This document shows positions 60,310 through 64,000 of a stretch of DNA of 64,000 nucleotides, in pieces (the first letter of the stretch is position 1; each line of letters opens with the position of its first letter). This DNA comes from a bacterium (GTDB lineage Bacteria > Zhuqueibacterota > Zhuqueibacteria > Residuimicrobiales > Krinioviventaceae). Position numbers and translations under genes: made by a program. The notes beneath the pieces are model-generated. The model had not been told where the DNA came from. It saw nothing but the letters and a program-made list of their open reading frames with translations, and ran no database searches. The stretch spans positions 1 to 64,000 of the forward strand of contig CAXXFV010000029.1 of assembly GCA_963674595.2 (NCBI GenBank), written 5' to 3'.

Positions 60310-61325
60310 GTCCTTTGTGTCCTTTGTATATTCTTTGTGTTCATTGTGGTAAAAAGATAACCATTTAAAAAGCCTCAGCACAGAGCCGAAGGGTGACTGG
60401 ATTCCTACTTGCGCAGGAATGACAAGTTTCGATCACATTGTGTCCTTTGTGTGTTCTTTGTATTCATTGTGGTAAAAAGATAACCATTAAAAAAAACCAC
60501 AGCACAGAGCCGAAGGGTGACTGGATTCCTGCTTGCGCAGGAATGACGGGTTTCGAGCACATTGTGTCCATTGTGTATTCTTTGTGTTCGTTGTGGTAAA
60601 AAGATAACCATTTAAAAGAGATTCAATGCGGAGTCGAAGCGGGAGCAATGTCGAGCGGATGTCACCCTGAGCGGAGTCGAAGGGTGCCCTCATCCTAAGC
60701 AAAGCCGAAGGGTGGCTGGATTCCTGCTTGCGCAGGAATGACGGGTTTCGAGCACATTGTGTCCATTGTGTATTCTTTGTGTTCGTTGTGGTAAAAAGAT
60801 AACCATTTAAAAGAGATTCAATGCGGAGTCGAAGCGGGAGCAATGTCGAGCGGATGTCACCCTGAGCGGAGTCTAAGGGTGTCCTCATCCTGAGCGGAGT
60901 CGAAGGGTGACTGGATTCCTGCTTGCGCAGGAATGACAAGTTTCGATCACATTGTGTCCTTTGTGTGTTCTTTGTATTCATTGTGGTAAAAAGATAACCA
61001 TTTAAAAAGCCTCAGCACAGAGCCGAAGGGTGACTGGATTCCTGCTTGCGCAGGAATGACGGGTTTCGAGCACATTGTGTCCTTTGTGTGTTCTTTGTGT
61101 TCATTGTGGTAAAAAGATAACCATTTAAAAAAAACCACAGCACAGAGCCGAAGGGTGACTGGATTCCTGCTTGCGCAGGAATGACAAGTTTCGAGCACAT
61201 TGTGTCCATTGTGTATTCTTTGTGTTCGTTGTGGTAAAAAGATAACCATTTAAAAGAGATTCAATGCGGAGTCGAAGCGGGAGCAATGTCGAGCGGATGT
61301 CACCCTGAGCGGAGTCTAAGGGTGT
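60310..61325. repeat. Tandem mosaic REP cluster (CGTC-type: GTCATTCCTGCGCAAGCAGGAATCC and GTCACCCTGAGCGGAGTCGAAGGG)
   Basis: Six GGATTCCT(G/A)CTTGCGCAGGAATGAC palindromes alternating with TTGTGGTAAAAAGATAACCATT units. Confidence 0.88.
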
Positions 61326-61362
61326 CCCCCTACACTTGTATTAAACATTTCTCAAAAACCAC

Positions 61363-61550
61363 TTGCGCCAATAACACAAAATTTGTAATATGTATTATCA
61401 GCCATAAAGGACGATTTTTCAGGACAATTCGGTCGGATATGGGAGTTCATGAAAACCTTTAGCTGATTTACCACCTTAAAATTTATATATGGGAAGTTAC
61501 AGCACTTGCGAGGAAAGATTGCGTCGGAGTTATAATCATATTCCTGTTGT
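61363..61550 (+). ncRNA. Promoter + structured RNA element, copy 10
   Basis: TTGCGC-17-TAATAT, ATCAG at 61397, ATCAGC..TAAAGG / CCTTTA-GCTGAT, AGGAA/TTCCT. Confidence 0.75.
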
Positions 61551-61657
61551 TAGCACTCAAAAATATTGAGCAGGGCAAAATTGTGTCTGGCAAAACAATA
61601 TAAAAACGGCTAAATTTTACTACTGTAAATACGGATATAGAAATGTAAGAAAACTAT

Positions 61658-62334
61658 GTTAGCGGAGTTTAGGAACGCTGTCTCTTTCAGAAAAGACCCG
61701 ATGTGTAACCGAAGAGACGTTCATCGTGTACGAAATGGAAATCGGTTTTTTAAAACTAAATGTATGTTGGAGAATTGGCTGAATGGAATATCTGGGATCA
61801 TGTTTATGTAGAACGGTTAAATATAAAGTTACAGGAGAGTTTGAAAATTTCTATTTGTGCCATTGTCGGTACTGCCAGAAAGATACAGGCTCTTCACATG
61901 CAGCAAACTTGTTTTCATCAACAGCTAAACTTGAATGGCTTAGAGGTGAAAACAATGTACGAAAATTTCAAGTAAAAAAATCCAATCATGTAAGAGCATT
62001 CTGCTTAACATGTGGATCTGCCTTACCCAATGTGCAAATGGAAGGTAGGCTTCTGGTGGTCCCTGCGGGAAGTTTGGATTGTAAATTGGATAAAATACCA
62101 GATGGACACATATTCATTTCAAACAAAGCGAACTGGGATGAAGCACTGGAAACAGTGAAAAAATTTGAGCGATTTCCATTTAAAGAGTAAATCGCTATGA
62201 ATCGTTAAAGTCTATTTCAAGGGCTATTAACAAGGAAAAAATGCTTGAAAAAAATTCCGCTAACAACTGCTTCCAGGGGACGCCATAACCGCGCTGTCGC
62301 GCGGTCACAGTGCCTGTTAAGCAGAGCATTATGT
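61658..62334 (+). mobile_element. Integron-type gene cassette (GFA gene + attC 62258-62334)
   Basis: Opens with GTTAGCGGA (61658), closes with the complementary TCCGCTAAC (62256-62264); attC arms CTGCTT/AAGCAG, degenerate R' ATTATGT. Confidence 0.7.
61783..62190 (+). CDS. GFA / CENP-V family protein
   Basis: GSCLC, CHCRYCQK, FCLTCGS, HIF...KANW. Confidence 0.9.
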   Translation: MEYLGSCLCRTVKYKVTGEFENFYLCHCRYCQKDTGSSHAANLFSSTAKLEWLRGENNVRKFQVKKSNHVRAFCLTCGSALPNVQMEGRLLVVPAGSLDCKLDKIPDGHIFISNKANWDEALETVKKFERFPFKE

Positions 62335-63388
62335 GCCAGACAGCTATCATTCAATTTTACATCGGATTAAAACACAAGTGCTGAATTTTTTAAAAAGAAA
62401 ATTAAATCCCGCATGTTATCAAGGAATAAGAAATAATTCCCAACATTTCGAGGGCTGGTATTTCAAAATAGTTGATAAAAATCAGCAAAATTTATATGCC
62501 ATTATACCAGGTGTTTTCATTGATAAAAATAAAACGGATAGTCACTCATTCATACAAATATTTAATGGTGTAAACAACAAAACTTATTATTACAGGTTTC
62601 CAATCGAGGATTTTCAATCAAAAGATTATGATTTTAATATTCAAATTCATTCAAATTCATTTTCTTTAAACACATTGTTATTAGATCTGGACAGTTCTTC
62701 TCTAAATATAAATGGTGAATTGAATTTTGAAAACTTGATACAATGGCCTAAAACTCTAGTTTCACCCGGTATTATGGGCTGGTATACCTGGGTACCCTTT
62801 ATGGAATGTTATCATGGTGTTTTAAGTTTAAATCATAATATTCAAGGTTATTTAAATATAAACGGTCACGATATAGATTTTTCAAACGGTAAAGGCTATA
62901 CAGAAAAGGATTGGGGAAAGTCATTTCCTGAAGCTTGGCTCTGGTGTCAATCTAACCATTTTAATACTGAAAATGTTAGTGTTACAGGATCGATTGCCAT
63001 TATACCTTGGATTAAGAGACCTTTCTTGGGTTTTATTTTTGGTCTATGGCATAATAATAAATTATATCAATTTTCTACTTATACCGGTGCGAAACTTGTT
63101 CATCTTGAAATGGAAGAAAGTAAAATCAAATCTATTTTAGAGCAAAAAAACCTGACCCTGGAATTTATCATAAATCGTAGCAATGGAGGCTTTCTTCAGG
63201 CGCCAACAATAAATGGAATGACCCATCAAATATCCGAATCAATAAAGTCAACTGTAGAGATCAAGTTATCGAAAAAATCAATCATTAAAAGTGAGACTAT
63301 TTTTAAGGACACCGGGCGACATACCGGTTTTGAAATTACAGGAGATGTTAAGCGATTGATCGAAATGTATAAAAATTTAAAATCCTGA
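62333..63388 (+). CDS. Tocopherol cyclase-family protein (true start probably ~16 codons in)
   Basis: FEGWYFK, IMGWYTWVPFMECYH, GYTEKDWGKSFPEAWLWCQSN. Confidence 0.85.
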   Translation: MPDSYHSILHRIKTQVLNFLKRKLNPACYQGIRNNSQHFEGWYFKIVDKNQQNLYAIIPGVFIDKNKTDSHSFIQIFNGVNNKTYYYRFPIEDFQSKDYDFNIQIHSNSFSLNTLLLDLDSSSLNINGELNFENLIQWPKTLVSPGIMGWYTWVPFMECYHGVLSLNHNIQGYLNINGHDIDFSNGKGYTEKDWGKSFPEAWLWCQSNHFNTENVSVTGSIAIIPWIKRPFLGFIFGLWHNNKLYQFSTYTGAKLVHLEMEESKIKSILEQKNLTLEFIINRSNGGFLQAPTINGMTHQISESIKSTVEIKLSKKSIIKSETIFKDTGRHTGFEITGDVKRLIEMYKNLKS

Positions 63389-63399
63389 AGGAGCAATCA

Positions 63400-64000
63400 A
63401 TGATGGATAGAAATCATCCGGGTATTACTAAAATGGTTCGAGCACCATTTTTATCGTCAATCATCAGTCCATTGATTGTCGGAACTTTACTTTCGGTTAT
63501 CATAACCGGAAAATTACAAGTATTGAATTTTATTATTGTGCTGATTATGGGAATTTGTTTACATATCGCTACCAATGTCTACAATGATATTTATGATACA
63601 AAACAAGGGACCGATAAAATCAATGTCAATCGTAATGAATTTAGCGGTGGTTCCGGTGTGCTGGTAGATCATCCGGATTTATTTCCTAAAATGTATCGTT
63701 TGGCACGATTGGGATTGATTGGTGCGGTTTTAGCAACCATTGTACTTTATTTTAACATTAATGATCGTTTACAGATTCATCTAATATTATTGTTGCTCTT
63801 TTCTTTATTCTTTAGCAAATATTATACTGCAGCGCCGGTAAAGCTGGCTTATCGGGGATTGGGTGAATTTTTTGTTTGGCTTGCCTTTGGGCCTATGGCT
63901 ATTCTTGTTGCTGCAGTAAGCCAGAATGTGGGCTTTTATAAAATAATTTGTTTGGCGATGCCGATTACAGGAATTAGTACACTCTCAATTCTTTTAATCG
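63400..64000 (+). CDS. UbiA/MenA-family prenyltransferase (runs off the window)
   Basis: My translation from ATG 63400 (AAGGAG RBS): MMDRNHPGITKMVRAPFL...NVYNDIYDTKQGTD...FSGGSG...YYTAAPVKLAYRGLGE. Confidence 0.85.
   Translation, partial: MMDRNHPGITKMVRAPFLSSIISPLIVGTLLSVIITGKLQVLNFIIVLIMGICLHIATNVYNDIYDTKQGTDKINVNRNEFSGGSGVLVDHPDLFPKMYRLARLGLIGAVLATIVLYFNINDRLQIHLILLLLFSLFFSKYYTAAPVKLAYRGLGEFFVWLAFGPMAILVAAVSQNVGFYKIICLAMPITGISTLSILLI

Noticed and set aside
60405-61249. ORFs of 65-164 aa over the REP cluster, and similar ORFs at 28611-29165 and 32031-32607
   Set aside because: They are translations of non-coding repeats, with no RBS or domain signal.
60310-61325. CRISPR array
   Set aside because: The sequences between palindromes are themselves repeated rather than unique spacers, the period is irregular, and no cas genes are present.

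Overview
An accessory/defence-island-like window, probably from an FCB-group bacterium (inferred from a T9SS-type C-terminal tail at 41.3 kb). No rRNA, tRNA, CRISPR array, integrase or reverse transcriptase was recognised. Left to right: (i) 0.1-6.9 kb, a minus-strand integron-type cassette array (attC sites, no integrase in view) hit by an IS1182 and an IS3; (ii) 7.3-14.5 kb, a GC-richer phage-like module (CI/Cro switch, replication initiator, DnaC-like ATPase, Fis-HTH protein, FN3-dockerin and cohesin genes) lacking structural genes; (iii) 15-52 kb, long co-oriented arrays of AT-rich cargo genes separated by several REP-like repeat families: HD dNTPase plus ImmA/IrrE peptidase, SIR2-TPR, PD-(D/E)XK, three RelE/HigA-type TA pairs, SatD, AlbA_2-NDT, lipoproteins and a REP-flanked RAYT transposase; (iv) an HTH-Dcm/Vsr/EcoRII-like R-M locus; (v) NamZ, a GxGYxYP protein, a REP tandem cluster, a GFA cassette, a tocopherol-cyclase-family gene and a UbiA/MenA gene. 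The most striking unexplained feature is a ~200-nt non-coding element present in 10 diverged copies. Each has a sigma70 promoter (TTGCNN-17bp-TANNAT) placed to start transcription at a conserved ATCAG, followed by a covarying two-hairpin RNA, and each points into a cargo gene or array. All alignments were done by eye and all product calls come from motif recognition, not database searches.
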